Shown here: positions 23,268-36,353 of the stretch, one piece after another
How positions within the stretch are numbered: position 1 is the stretch's first letter
How the letters are laid out: the number at the start of each line of letters is the position of its first letter
NCBI GenBank assembly: GCA_965112155.1
Contig: OZ218108.1
Length of the DNA: 64,000 bases
Source: Podarcis liolepis
Lineage: Eukaryota
Reading direction: 5' to 3' (one strand)
The notes under the pieces: generated by a model
What the model was told of the DNA's origin: nothing
Database searches by the model: none
The model's input: the letters and a program-made list of their open reading frames with translations, nothing else
Program-made: the position numbers and the translations under genes

Positions 23268-26200
23268 CTATAAACAAAGAAAACAAAGAACAGGCTTGAG
23301 GATTGGGTTCATTGAAAGCCTTACTGATATATACTCACTACAGTTATGTTACTGGCAACCTTTAGACAACCTAAAAGTTGGGGGGGGTTGTTGTTGTTGT
23401 TTTACGCTTGAAAGGATGTACGCTACAATGTTTGAGAATTGTTGCTTAGTTTAGAGAGTCACAAAAAATCAGAGATTCAGTAGAAAGAGTCAAATGTGTA
23501 TGGCTCAGTTTGTCCAACACACTGGGAATTTCTAATGCCAAATTATTTGAAATTGGTCTTTTCTCTGCCTTAATAAGGATATACGGGCTTTGACTTTGCC
23601 TTCTTGAAAATATACCACCTCTGGCAGAGGAGTGTGTGTGTGTGTGTGTGTGTAGGCCATCACCTCTTTTACATGTTTAATTGACAACAGAAAGGAGACA
23701 AAGCATTAAAAGGTTATTATAATTATATTTGCTTCCATTTCTTTTCATTAGCTGCATTTTGTTAACTTTCTAAATTATGCAGTGTTGCTTCGACCTATAT
23801 TTTTAAATGCCTGAAAGAATAATAAAAGATCTGAAAGGCAGTAATTTTGGACTTAATGCTTGAACTTTGAATGCTTGTATTTTTAGTGCATATTCTAAAG
23901 GTGCCTGTAGAAGGAAAAAATAGGTTTAGGTCAGCTAATAAGAGTAATTTGTGAAAAACAACAGCCCTTTGTGAGCTTTTTTTTAATTGTTCATCTTTTT
24001 CATGTCTAAGGACATTATTTCCTTTTAAACTGACAATTATGTAATATCACAAAGTCTGACCAAGAAATACTAATCTATTGTAAGCACTTAATATCAATGA
24101 AGTCTTTTACCCTTTTGAGATCTTATGAATACCTTCAATGTAACAATGGAAATAAGTGTAAAATGAAAATATCTAATTACAATAAAATGATGTCATGACA
24201 TGTATTCCAAAACGGAATCTAAGCTGTTTTCCATTCCAGAGGCTATCAGAATATACTCTGCCGGATTCTTAAGGAATATTTGGGATTCAAGAAGCACAAG
24301 ACATGCTCAAATCCTTGGAAACTATGTCTCCGACTTGGTGGCTGATGGCTCTTCCAAATGGAAAAAAAGTCCTACGGTGAAATCTGACAAACATGAAGCA
24401 ACTGTTCTGAAGAATGTGCTTTACAGTTTTCAGATTGAATGACAGCAGTTGGATTCGGCATTCGTAGAGAGTACAGACCAGTGGAGCATCACACTTCTGT
24501 TTCATTGGGAGCATTCAGAAAGATTCACCCAAATGGCACTTTGTGGAATGCAGTTCCAGTGCAACATCCATTGAAGCAGACAAACAGTTCCAAGGAGCAT
24601 TACTGCTGCTTAAGAAATTGTACTGACCTATGCAGAACTCCTTCTCATATAAGGCATGGGATTGCACAACCCTAGAAGTAATGAAGCAGAAGTAGACAAA
24701 GTTTCACAAATTATGCTGGCAGCCCAGAAACCAATGGAAAATTACTGCTATTATTTTCCTTCTGCAGATAAGCTTTTCATAAAGATATCCTCACATTCCT
24801 TAAGAAATCTCATTGCCTCTAAATGGCTCAATATCATAAGAATAGGAATTTATCTTGTCCAGAATTTTAGGTCAGCAGCAGATGTTGGCGAATTCCCATA
24901 GAATATGTGCCCAGCGTGAAGGCATTTGTTTTGTTTTATTTTAAAGTGGCAGAAATCTGCTCGCTATTCTTGCATTATCTGCAACAGCTGAGCAATCTTT
25001 CAGTGCCACAGGGAGATTGAAAACTTGGCTGAGATCTAGCACGGACAAGCTTGCCTTAATCACATTGCTCTTTTACATTTGCACAAGGACATCAATACTG
25101 ACAGTGCCAGAGTCAAGCCGCCATTTGCTGAAAACAACTGTCAACATTTTCCAGTTTTTGGAACCTTTTACAATGCGATCTGTGTGGGCAAAACTTATAT
25201 CACTGTATTCATCGGCTGTAAGCTCCCTTTACCAAACATAGCAATATGCAAAAAAAGTGCATTGGCTGCTACCTGATTCTTCTGACTGACAATCAGAAGA
25301 AAAATGGAGGGGGCTGCAAAATGAATAAATTGAAATGAACAAAAGTTTGTGTCAAATTATCTGTTGGAGTTATTTAAACCTTCCCACAGCTTTGAACCTA
25401 ACCCAGTATTTTTTTCTTTTGAAACACACAATTGGTCTTCTCTGGCAAATCTTTCAACAGAGAGAAAAGAAAATTAAACTAACTGTCTTTGTTGGTCATG
25501 AGGACTAGCCGGTTGTTTTCTATTTGGGTGAATGCTCTTGACCACTCGATTCTGTTGAGTCTGTGGCAAAGCTGAAATCTCAACAATGACACAGAAGCAA
25601 AATGTGGTCCAGTGAATCATCATACAATCCTAAATTAAAGTCAGATCTCTAGATAGCTTTTTAATAATCTTTTCTTTGTAATAGTCTGTGGCAACTTCTC
25701 CCTGTAGGAGTGAGGGACAAGTTAGAAAGGTCTGCCCCCAGAGACTCAATGAACCAAGTGGATTCCCGAATGTTCTGGGAGATTTTCCATTGGTGATCCT
25801 GTTGAGGCTCTGGTCTTGCTCTGGAAAGAAGAAATGAGGTAAGCCATTGACAGGATCACTCCTGAGTGTCCTATGTGGTGCTATGAAGCTTGCATTGGTC
25901 CCTCATATACCAGAGACTTGTGAGTTATAAAGCAGGCAGGGTGAAGACTAGAACAGAAGGAGTGGAAAACTTGTTTCAAAACTGGGCCAACATTGGTGAG
26001 TAGCATGTAGGCAACTGTGCTTACTATGTAGCATGAGGGCAGGGAAGAAGGGTTGCTCTGCTGCCTCCATTGCATCCTCTATTGGCCCTTCAGGGATTTT
26101 TGTTAGGCCCCTCAGAGGGTCACTGTGATGAGTATACTGTCTGTCATGAGAGACTTTTGAGGATAAAGTCACTCAGCATCACAGCAATCTTGTTGTTGTG

Positions 26201-26332
26201 GTTGGTGCTGAATCAATTGAGGTGTCCAAAATGCATATTTAGGAGGAGATGCATTGGAATGTATAGAAAAATGTGCATTTTAGGGGAAGAATGTATATAA
26301 AAAACACTCAAAATGCATGAAATTTAAAAGTG

Positions 26333-26335
<3 letters not shown>

Positions 26336-26387
<52 letters not shown>
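26336..26387. repeat. (AT)n microsatellite
   Basis: Directly visible. Confidence 0.97.
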
Positions 26388-26389
<2 letters not shown>

Positions 26390-27141
26390 CACAGGATGGA
26401 TCGGTGATGGAACACATGGAAAACTGACATGGAATGAAAATAAGCTGGTCCACACATCCCTGAGATATATATAGGTATACTTGATGTAGGTAGGAAAACC
26501 TTTTATCACCTTAGCCACTATTTCTAAAAGGCACTATCAGTAATCCTGCTGATTCTTTCACATTAGGTTGTTGTTGTTTCTGTCACCTACGAGCATCACT
26601 TCTGAGATCTCTGAGTAAACACTAAACAATTCTTGGTACTTAGCTGTATCTGAAGTGAAAGACAGAAAAAGGAACATGTGTAGAGCACACATCTGGCCCA
26701 AAGAGTTTCCTTTCCTATGAGAGGTCTGGGCTCCCTGTCAGACGGAATGGTGTCTTACAGTTAATTTGTTTCGTGGCCGGCGGCAACAAATAATTCTTGT
26801 CCAATGCCAGGAATTAGTCAGCTGTATAATCAAGACCAAAGCCTTTGCTTCTGTAAAGCCAAAGGCTTTGTGGCCATTCTTTTTCTTTTTTCTTTTAGAA
26901 AAACCCGGAGATGATAAGGAAATGTATACATTGCCACCGGCTCAATGAGGTACTTGCTCTCGGCGTAATTAGTTTCTAATTGTTTCCAAAGTTTACAGCC
27001 GATAAAATGGTTAATCTGCACGATGGCAAAAAGGAAGCAGGGGGAAAAACGTGACACACTTGAATGAACTGTAAGGAAATAAAGTGCACAACATGTGATA
27101 ATGCCATGACTCCGTGTTGCTGCTGCACATTTCTGGGCTGA

Positions 27142-27313
27142 NNNNNNNNNNNNNNNNNNNNNNNNNNNNNNNNNNNNNNNNNNNNNNNNNNNNNNNNNNN
27201 NNNNNNNNNNNNNNNNNNNNNNNNNNNNNNNNNNNNNNNNNNNNNNNNNNNNNNNNNNNNNNNNNNNNNNNNNNNNNNNNNNNNNNNNNNNNNNNNNNNN
27301 NNNNNNNNNNNNN
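27142..27313. other. Assembly gap (172 N)
   Basis: Run of N. Confidence 1.
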
Positions 27314-27757
27314 TGGGCGTGGAATCCTGACCCCACAAGAAGAGGCATTAAATGACTGCAGGCTGTGACACTACTACAGGATAATGCCAATCTAGCAAAG
27401 AGCTGAGAAAGAAGGGGGGGAGAGGGAGGCAGGCAGGCAGGCAGGCAGGCACCTACTGAAGTTACAGGAAAGAACCTGAAGCTTATTCACGTGGAATTCA
27501 AGCAATTTAAATGGGACAGCCTTGGATAAAAGGGAGAAATGGAATATAGAATCAGAATTTTGTTGGATGTTCCTGTTGCATTGCCAGCCCTTTGATGATG
27601 ATTTATCAGATTTTTATCACCGTTGCCATTTTACAAGTGGGGAAATGAGCTGTCTCCTGCTTCTCATGGGCTTTGCCTCCACCCACCCACCCACCCTGAA
27701 CTGCAGCCACTCTTTCTCCCTTGTTATACCTTCCCCTTTCAGCACAACTGGTACTGA

Positions 27758-28126
27758 GGGTCAAATAAGATGTAACTATGAGGACGGCAGCAGACGTGGT
27801 GCAGCGGAGGTTTGCTCAACCCTTTACTCACCTGCTGCAGCTCAGAGGAAACTCCCTCCACTGAAGCTGCTATTTGCGTCCGGAGGAAATTCCTCACTGG
27901 TTCTGGCCAGTAGGGGATTTCTCCCAATGCAAAGAAAGTGGCTTTGAATTTTCCTCATTTCCACAGCAGGGGGAGAAAGGGTTAAATCCCCCCCCCTGCA
28001 CACTTGCTGCGGTGTCTAGAGGTAATCAGCTCTTCTTGCCCCCACCCCCAAGCTGATGCTATTTGCATTTTTAAAACTTGCACATTAACTGCAGAGGCAC
28101 ATTTAATGCTGCATCTAGTTTAGTCC
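27758..28126. mobile_element. Fold-back (palindromic) MITE, possibly Harbinger-like
   Basis: Nested inverted blocks around about 27903: AACCCTTTACTCACCTGCTG / CAGCAGGGGGAGAAAGGGTT and GGAGGAAATTCCTCACTGG / CCAGTAGGGGATTTCTCC. The outer ends are degraded. Confidence 0.6.
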
Positions 28127-28139
28127 TAAGTGTGTAATC

Positions 28140-28277
28140 CAGGTGTCGGGAACTTCTGGCTCTCCAGATATTGCTGAACTACAACTCCCAACATCCTCAG
28201 CAAGCATGGCTAACGGCCAAGGGTGGTGGGGGTTGTAGTTAGGTAACATTTGGAAGGCAAAAGGTTCCCAAAACCTG
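28140..28277. mobile_element. hAT-like palindromic MITE (older relative of 41492-41627)
   Basis: CAGGTGTCGGGAAC / GTTCCCAAAACCTG ends with internal arms AACTACAACTCCCA / TGGGGGTTGTAGTT. Confidence 0.75.
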
Positions 28278-30221
28278 CTCCGTTCCTTACAGCTCTTTCA
28301 ACCCTGGTGGTGGTACATATGCCAGAGCAGAAACCCAGCCCTCCCAGTCTGTGGTAGAGAGCAGCTGCTCCCACGGCCAGTACCAGTTGATGTTGTGGAG
28401 AAGGCAAATTGAGGGTGTTCATACAGGCCTATTTCCTAGTATGGGGTATCTAGATCTTGTGAGATTTGCTGGAACCAATCAGATACAATGTTAGGACAGA
28501 ACAGGCGCCTTTCTAAAAAGTGAGCTGCTGTCACCAGCCCCTTTTGAGTATTTGCACTTTTTTTAAGCTTAGAAGGGACATCCATGAGGATTCCAGCATG
28601 AAGAACCTCTATCCTTTCTTGGCTCTCCTTATGCAGTACTAACTCTGAGGCTGGAGATCAGCAATGCATCAAAGGAAATAGAAAACAGTTTCCCAAGAAA
28701 CACACAAAATGAAAGACAGCTACCCTTTGAAATTCACTTTTCTAAATTTTGCAGAGCAGTTTTTCAAAATATGTATTTAAACACACGCACATTATATGGG
28801 AAAGTGCGCATAAAAATGTATGGCATCGGGGGAAATCGCTTGCAAAAGGTGTGTGTATTTGGCAAAATTGAATTCAAAAATTATATGTATTAGGAGAAAT
28901 GCACTGTAAAATGCTGGTGAATTTTCATGAGCACTTTTTAAAAATCAAATTCACAAACTGATGCAGAAATGTAAAGAACTGAATTTTTGGAAAAGAGAAA
29001 AAACTCCAACTAACAAATTTGTCAATCCTTAGACACAATTGACATTTAATAATTATGTTAATATAATACTACATTATGGAGGGCACCACATCTGTTAATC
29101 AACAACAACAAGAAACTCTCAGAGGAAGGCTAGGCAGGGTTAAACCTTTTCTGTAAAGAAAAGGACACTTGGTTTTGTTTTCAGCCGAACATCAGGATGC
29201 AGCTGGCCTCTTTAACCTCAGAGAGTTCCCAGTTTCCTCTGAGAGTTTTACAGGTATGCGGGTTCTAGGAAGCTGCTTGGCATTGCAAACTCTGGAAATT
29301 TGCCATGGCAACCACCTACTCCATCTTCAATCTGGGCAGGGAAAAGTGATCTTTTCTGGGGTTTACAGAGAATGAGCAAGAATAATTCAGAGGATTCTAG
29401 TTTGCTTAATTTAAACGCAGGAGACCTGGCTAGGCAGATTGACTAGTAGAGTAGCACAGGAGCTGAAAGGTTATTCCATTCCTGCAGGGAGCATCACACT
29501 GGCATAAACTGTGTGCCTTAAATCTCTCTTGCTGAAATTAGTGGGGCATCAAAGTGATTACCTTTGAATGGACCGTGCTCAAGAGTTTTAAGCAAATGCA
29601 TTTTTTCTAGAGATGAAAACATTCAAAGGATCTGTGTTTTGTTCAAATGGTCTAAATCTTTTTCATCTGAATGATCTCCAGGGGCAAAGAGCAATTCAGG
29701 TGAGCATAGAAAGGGGGGGAAATAGGGCCGTCACCTTCATGTGAGTCACAGCTCTCAATATAGTTATGCTGAGTCAGTTGCTGCAAACTCCATGTAGTTC
29801 AATGGGACACTGTAAGAATGCCGTTTATACAGAATTTTAGGGCAGCTGCACTGGGCCTCAATATTTGGCATGCAGGCCAAACTAGCATATTGTTAATTTG
29901 TTCCATAAGCAGCAGGCATGAGAAAGCCTGAGCTATCATGGTCGTGTCCAAAATTGGGGCTTTTTGTATTTCAAGGAAAGCTATTGCCCTGATTGACCAT
30001 TGGCGTCAACATCAAAGAGTTGATTTTTGATAAAAAAGAAACAGATACCAGGATATCAAGGTAGCTCAAGTTTCCTGGTGGCTGCTATTTATAACATGCA
30101 TACACACACACTGTGCATGTTAATAGAATTCATGAAATTAGCACATGTCTACTTGGTCCCCAAATGCCAGATAACATGGGCAAGTTTTGTTTCCTGGGCA
30201 GGCTGCCCCAACAGATTAGGG

Positions 30222-30416
30222 AGGGCCATAACTCACTGGTAGAGCAATTTTTTTCATGCAGAATATTTTTTTTTAAGGTTTAATCCCCGGCCTCTATAGG
30301 TAGGGCTGGAAAAGGTTCCTATCTGAAACCCAGGAGAACACTTGTCATTCTGTGTAGACATTACTGCACTGGATGGATCATTGATCTGATTCAGTATATG
30401 GCAGCTTCATACATTC
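30222..30416 (+). mobile_element. tRNA-derived SINE (same family as 2505, 14844, 21475, 34118 and 54457)
   Basis: AGGGCCATAACTCACTGGTAGAGCA head, GGTTTAATCCCCGGC B-box-like motif, GGCAGCTTCATA tail. Confidence 0.7.
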
Positions 30417-31945
30417 TTAAGAGATCCTGGTCCTGACTTTAATGCTAGCTCAGAAAGGAAGTTGACAGAGGCAAGCAGATCATTATGACATACAAAATGA
30501 AGAACTACCCACAAAGGTGTTCTGAAGAGTGGTACTAGAATCTGTACACCAAATGTGGTAGATGGCAATGCATGATTATTAATGATCAACAAAGCTAGTA
30601 TGTTACTGTCAACTTAAAACACTAAGAGCAAGGCAGCGTTCCAAACAGCAATTGGATTTTACGGTCTTGTCTTTTCCAGTATTCACTTATGGTTGTTTAA
30701 AATAAAGGGAGCATGTCAATAATGCAAGTTTTTGCATTTGTTTAGGATGTCCAATGAATGTGAAGCAATGTCCAAATGTTATTCTGTGGCTGCTGAATAT
30801 GCCAAATAATCCATCTGCTTCTGCAAAACTTGGCTCCAAAAGCAAACATCCACTTTAAGCAAATTAAATTAATTAAATATCATAGCTCCACCCTTTGGTA
30901 GCAAACTAAAATCATGCCAAGTTTCAGCTGCGGCTGCCCTATTGATCTCAAATGTGTATAGCACCGATGGCCAACAGAGGACATTGAAATGGGCAACAAT
31001 GTAAGCCAATCACCACCACTCAATTTTTGCAGAGATATCTACATGTTTTACATTTGGAGGAGGTTTCACTTGACTAGAGACTGGAGGTGCCTCTGGTTAG
31101 GTGGCCACAAACTGATTTCCGGATTTTATGTATAAAATAGTGCCTTTCAGCTGGCAGAATGACTCAGCAGGATCAAGATTAGTATACTATGCAAAATTTG
31201 TGTTCAAGGGCAGAAGTGAATGATTTTGAAACAAAGAAGGAAAATTTGATGGGAAAGACATCTGTTTAGCTCTGCTCAGATTTCACCCTGGGTGGGAGCC
31301 CCATCTTTCCATATACCAGCTTGTTCCATTCCAAATATCTTCTATTTATGCATGCAAGATAGACCGATCAATGTATAGGTACATAGAACTTTCATGGCCA
31401 AGGGATAGTGCATCTCTGAGTGCTGCACCCTATAGGTGAACTTCTAGAGGTATTTAGCTGCAGATGGAAGGCAAGTCTTTCTTCTTCTTTCTGGTGTTTC
31501 TTACCCAATGTTTGCTTTCCTGGCATATTTGAAAAAGGAACTGAGTTCAACTAACTTAACCTGCATCCAGGGCTGGTTCTACCATGAGACAAAGTGAGGC
31601 AGCTGCCTCAGGTGGCAAATACTAAAGGGAAAGGAGTGGACAGAGCTGTGTATGCATGTGCCATGCAGTCTGCTCTGTACCTGCTAAGCCAGTCTTCTGC
31701 CTTCAGGTACAGTGCAGGATACTGAAGCAGAATGCAACTGCCAGCCTGGCCAGTTTTTGGACATGGAGTGTATCCTTGGCCTCAGGCAGCCCAATGTCTT
31801 GGATCCATCTGAAAGTGAATTGTTGCTTGGATCTCTGCTATTGTACTTCATGCATCATAACAGGCAGTATGGCATAATGTAAAGCATTTAGATCAAAATA
31901 TCCAAAATAAAGGGGCAAGTTGATGATGGACTATTTTGCTGGGGG

Positions 31946-32027
31946 CAAAATGCTGTCATACAGCACTGAAAGCTACAAGGGTCCTACAAAACGCTGTCAT
32001 GCAGCATGCAAAGCTACAAGGGTCCTA
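31946..32027. repeat. Imperfect 41-bp tandem duplication
   Basis: CAAAA(T/C)GCTGTCAT(A/G)CAGCA...AAAGCTACAAGGGTCCTA occurs twice in tandem. Confidence 0.85.
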
Positions 32028-32395
32028 GGTAAAGGTAAAGGTACCCCTGCCCGTACGGGCCAGTCTTGACAGACTCTAGGGTTGTGCGCTCATCTCACTC
32101 TAGAGGCCGGGAGCCAGCGCTGTCCGCAGACACTTCCAGGTCACATGGCCAGCATGACGACGCTGCTGCAGCGAACCGGCACCAGAGCAGCACACGGAAA
32201 CGCCGTTTACCTTCCCGCTATAAAGCGGTACCTATTTATCTACTTGCACTTAAGGGTGCTTTCGAACTGCTAGGTGGGCAGGAGCTGGGACCAAACAACG
32301 GGAGCTCACCCCGCCACGGGGATTTGAACCGCCGACCATGCGATCAGCAAGTCCTAGGCGCTGAGGTTTTACCCACAGCGCCACCCGCATCCCCC
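32028..32395 (-). mobile_element. Sauria SINE, full length, young
   Basis: (AAAGGT)n tail, complete body with many intact CpGs, 12-bp TSD ACAAGGGTCCTA (32016-32027 and 32396-32407). Confidence 0.95.
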
Positions 32396-33377
32396 ACAAG
32401 GGTCCTACATGGAGATAAAAATTGGCAGCCTGTAATGTCCCATTGGAAGTGGGCATTGCTAGCATTGCTAGGAAGCCTGGAAACAACAGACCTGCCTTGT
32501 GTTGTCCCCAAGCTCTGAATCAGCTAGATCTACAGGTTTGGGTCTGCTCATTATCTTCATCCCGGGACCTTTAATAAGTTCACTTTCCTCCCACTGTACA
32601 GCTCTGAGTGTCTTCATCCTCACTAGGGATGAATTCAATTCTGCATGCTATCTCCTCCATCTCAAACTCCTTCTGCCTTCAGAGTTCATCCTCCTTAGCC
32701 AGCAATCCTTTCCTGCCCAGGAAGGTCGCATAGGTCATCCTGGGAAAGGAGGAAATGCATTGCCCAAAAACATAGCATGGCATTTTCATGTGTTGATGAA
32801 AATTTAGAAATCATGTGTACTGTTTAAAGAGAAATACAGTGCATCTTACTATGGGGAGGGGAGCAGCCTGCCTACCAGTTCAACCTGCAGTCCAATGGCT
32901 AAGTGTCGATGGGCAACTTCAAGGCCCTTGCTCTACCTTTGGATGGTTCTTTATCCTTCATCTTGACTTAGACCAGACAGCCTCTCAAAACAGACGTTTG
33001 TCCCCTGGCAGCCTTTCAAATAAAGCATGGCACATATCCACCTGCTCCTGCCACCTGTTGTTCTTTGCTTCAGCCCACTGGCCTTGGCATTATTCTGCCA
33101 GGAATCCTCATCTCTGGCCTGAGGCTCCGCTCTTACTTTTTCCATTCTTCTCCCTCCTCAACATGTGACTCACTTGCTTTGTCCTCACTGTTCCCCACCC
33201 CCACCTCTAGCTCTTATATATATGAAAGCACAGGCTCCTCCTCTCCTCTTCTCTTCTCCTTTATCCTCATCCTTTGCCTCCCTGTCTACATGGAAACTGG
33301 AGTGTGTGGCTATAGATGTCAGAAGCTGGATGCCAGCTTGCCAAGCCTGATGATTCGTACTGAAGGGGGGGGGGGGA

Positions 33378-33740
33378 GTTAAGGACCCCTGACAGTTAAG
33401 TCCAGTTGCAGATGACTCTGGGGTTTTGGCGCTTATCTCCTTTTATAGGCTGAGGGAGCCGGCGTTTGTCCACAGACAGTTTTTCCGGTCAGCATGTGGT
33501 CAGCATGACTAAGCCACTTCTGGCGCAATGGAACACTGAAACCAGAGCAGCACATGGAAATGCCATTTACCTTCCCACCAGAGCGGTACCTATTTATCTA
33601 CTTGCACTTTTTGGTGTGCTTTAGAACTGCTAGGTTGGCAGGAGCTGGGACCAAGCAACAGGAGCTCACCCTGTCATGGGGATTCAAACCGCCAACCCAA
33701 GAGGCTCAGTGGTTTAGACCACAGCGCCACCCGCATCCCC
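33378..33740 (-). mobile_element. Sauria SINE, older subfamily
   Basis: Same architecture with more substitutions; possible TSD TTCRTACTG (33354-33362 and 33741-33749). Confidence 0.9.
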
Positions 33741-33749
33741 TTCATACTG

Positions 33750-34115
33750 GGTAAAAGGTAAAGGTACCCCTGCCCGTACAGGCCAGTCGGGTCCGACTCT
33801 AGGGTTGTGCGCCCATCTCACTTAAGAGGCCGGGGGCCAGCGCTGTCCGAAGACACTTCCAGGTCACGTGGTCAGCGTGACGAAGCTGCTCTGGCGAGCC
33901 AGCACCAGCGCAGCACACAGAAACGCCGTTTACCTTCCCGCTATAAAGCGGTACCTATTTATCTACTTGCACTTAAGGGTGCTTTCGAACTGCTAGGTGG
34001 GCAGGAGCTGGGACCGAAGACGGGAGCTCACCCCGCCACGGGGATTCGAACCGCCGACCATGCAATCGGCAAGCCCTAGGCACTGAGGTTTTACCCACAG
34101 CGCCACCCGCGTCCC
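33750..34115 (-). mobile_element. Sauria SINE, full length, young
   Basis: GGTAAAAGGTAAAGGTACCCCTG tail through CAGCGCCACCCGCGTCCC head; closely similar to 32028-32395. Confidence 0.95.
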
Positions 34116-34117
34116 TG

Positions 34118-34265
34118 TTATTGGTCCATCTAGTGCTTCCCTGGCTACACTGACTGATAGTGGCTCTCTAGAATTTCAGACAGGAGCTTTTCCTAGCCCT
34201 AAAGGCACCAGGGGTTGAACAGGGACCTTCTGTGTGCAAGGCTCTAACACTAAGCTACAGTCCTC
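34118..34265 (-). mobile_element. tRNA-derived SINE fragment
   Basis: TTGGTCCATCTAG...CTACACTGACTG...GGGGTTGAAC...GACCTTCTG...CACTAAGCTA matches the other copies. Confidence 0.65.
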
Positions 34266-36353
34266 CAAGGCCCCTGCTATCCCTTCTTCTGGTTCTTTTA
34301 TCTTTAAACCACATGTGGATGGACAACCTTTCAGACAGGAGTCTCCTTTGACATATTAAAAACCGTCTTCTGTAAAGTAGGACATGCAGCCAGCCTATTT
34401 CTAGCGTATTCCTCCAATCCTTATTGAGATATTGGGTACAAGTGAGAGAAGAGCAATTCTGCTGTTTCTTAGCAAGCATCTGAACATGCTTCTTAGCAGG
34501 ATTCTCTCATGGGGAAATTGACATGCAGTCAGGGTCAGCTGTGCTGCCAAAGAAAGGAAGGAAGATATATTTTCTGTAGTGAAGAAATATGCTCACTTTT
34601 GCACAGAGGGTGCTTTACACAAAGTAATATGATGGATTTTAAAAGAAAAGCTCACAATATGAGCTGACTTCTCACAGTATTCATGCTACGCTCCTCTGTG
34701 CGTGTGTATTTTAATATATTTTGGAGGACAATGATAGGCATGAGCTCAGAGCGAAAAAAAAGAAGAAGAATGCAGTAATCCAACAAACAAATGCTGAGTT
34801 GGTGGAAAAAGCTTTGCTCATGTTACAAAATAATATTGCCCAAGACGAGTTGTGTGATGCACTCCAAACAGCTAATTAGAGCAGATCAATGAAAGCTAGA
34901 AAGATATGTGACAGTTGTGTGTCATCAAAAATGTACCTGACCTATCATCCAATCCCCATGAGAAGATGGCCCTGGTAAGTACTCTGCAGCAGCCATCCTC
35001 AAAGCACTAACCTGACAACACACCAGAATAAGCAATTTTTAGCTTCTGCCGCAGCAGTTCTCAGACCATTTCCTGATCACGTGTTCCTTTAAAGAAAAAA
35101 AAAAGCAACTTAGGACCAAATTCCAGGGCCAGCCCAAAACACTCTTGGGGCTGAAGGACAAGATGACTTTCCCCATCTCTCTATGTACAGAAACTGACAG
35201 GACTGACAGCTGGAACTTACTGTAACACTGGTCATGGGACAGTGTCCTCCACTTCACTTGAAGACAGCTGGCTACTTTAGGGAGTGCATAGCAGGTCACA
35301 TGGCACATACAGCTCTATCCTCCAATGCCTTGCCACTACCACCCCCAACACATACCTGCACTGAAATAAGTCCTGGAGCGGCACTCCCTCTCCACTATAC
35401 CACTGGTTTCTGGGGATAAAATGTAGCATACAAATGGTTGGCTGGCATCCATCTGTCTCTAGAGATAATGGGGTGCATCTCCAGAGGTGTAGCACATAAA
35501 TATACCATTGAGTAAAAGAAAAAAATATTGGTATTTACTCTGGACACTTCTAATTCAAAATAGCCCCTCTTAGTTTCAAACTTTCTTGTTTTTAATACTG
35601 ATGTAATTGCGCAGCATTACAGATCTGCCAAAAAACTAAGTTCTTGGCTTCAATTTAAAAAACTTTGTTCGAAGTCGCTAATTAATTATTTTCCTTTTAC
35701 ACCTAGTTCTTCTTTAACCTAAAAATATTCAGTTTTATAATATAACTCTTGGCAAGCTGAAGAGACTAAATAGGCAACTAAATACTAAAAGCAAAACTAT
35801 GCAAAACAGCAAATATCACGAAAGCTTAACACTAAATAATCCACACAATGGATAAAGCAGACGTCCATCTGGCCACAATCAAGAAGGTGGCCTTTTCTGT
35901 GATGATGCCCACTCTCAGAAATAGTCTCCCCCTCTCCTGACCAAAAAAAGGTATACACAAATATCTGCGCAATTCAACACATGCGAAAAATGTTTCTGCT
36001 TTCTATAGTTTTTGCTAGCTCCTGTTCTCTGCTGCTGTAGAACTTTAAGGCTTTTTTAACCACTTGGTTGTTATACATTGCTTTTTTATATTGTATTTTA
36101 TGATCTGCTGCAAACATGACAGGCAGCATATACATATTTTTAATAAAGAAACAAAATTAATATTAAGAATAACCACAATAATAGTAACTTTTGTTTATAA
36201 ATAGACACAATTTGGTATGCAGTGTAAGCTACAACCCTTGGGTACCCGTGGCATTATAGAACAGCAGTACACAAAACATTATTAGGCATCTGTGAAACCA
36301 GCTGAGAATATATTCTTTATTTACTTATTGCACACTTTTTTACCAAAGTTGTA

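Noticed and set aside
26830-27390. ORFs spanning the N run
   Set aside because: Gap artefacts.
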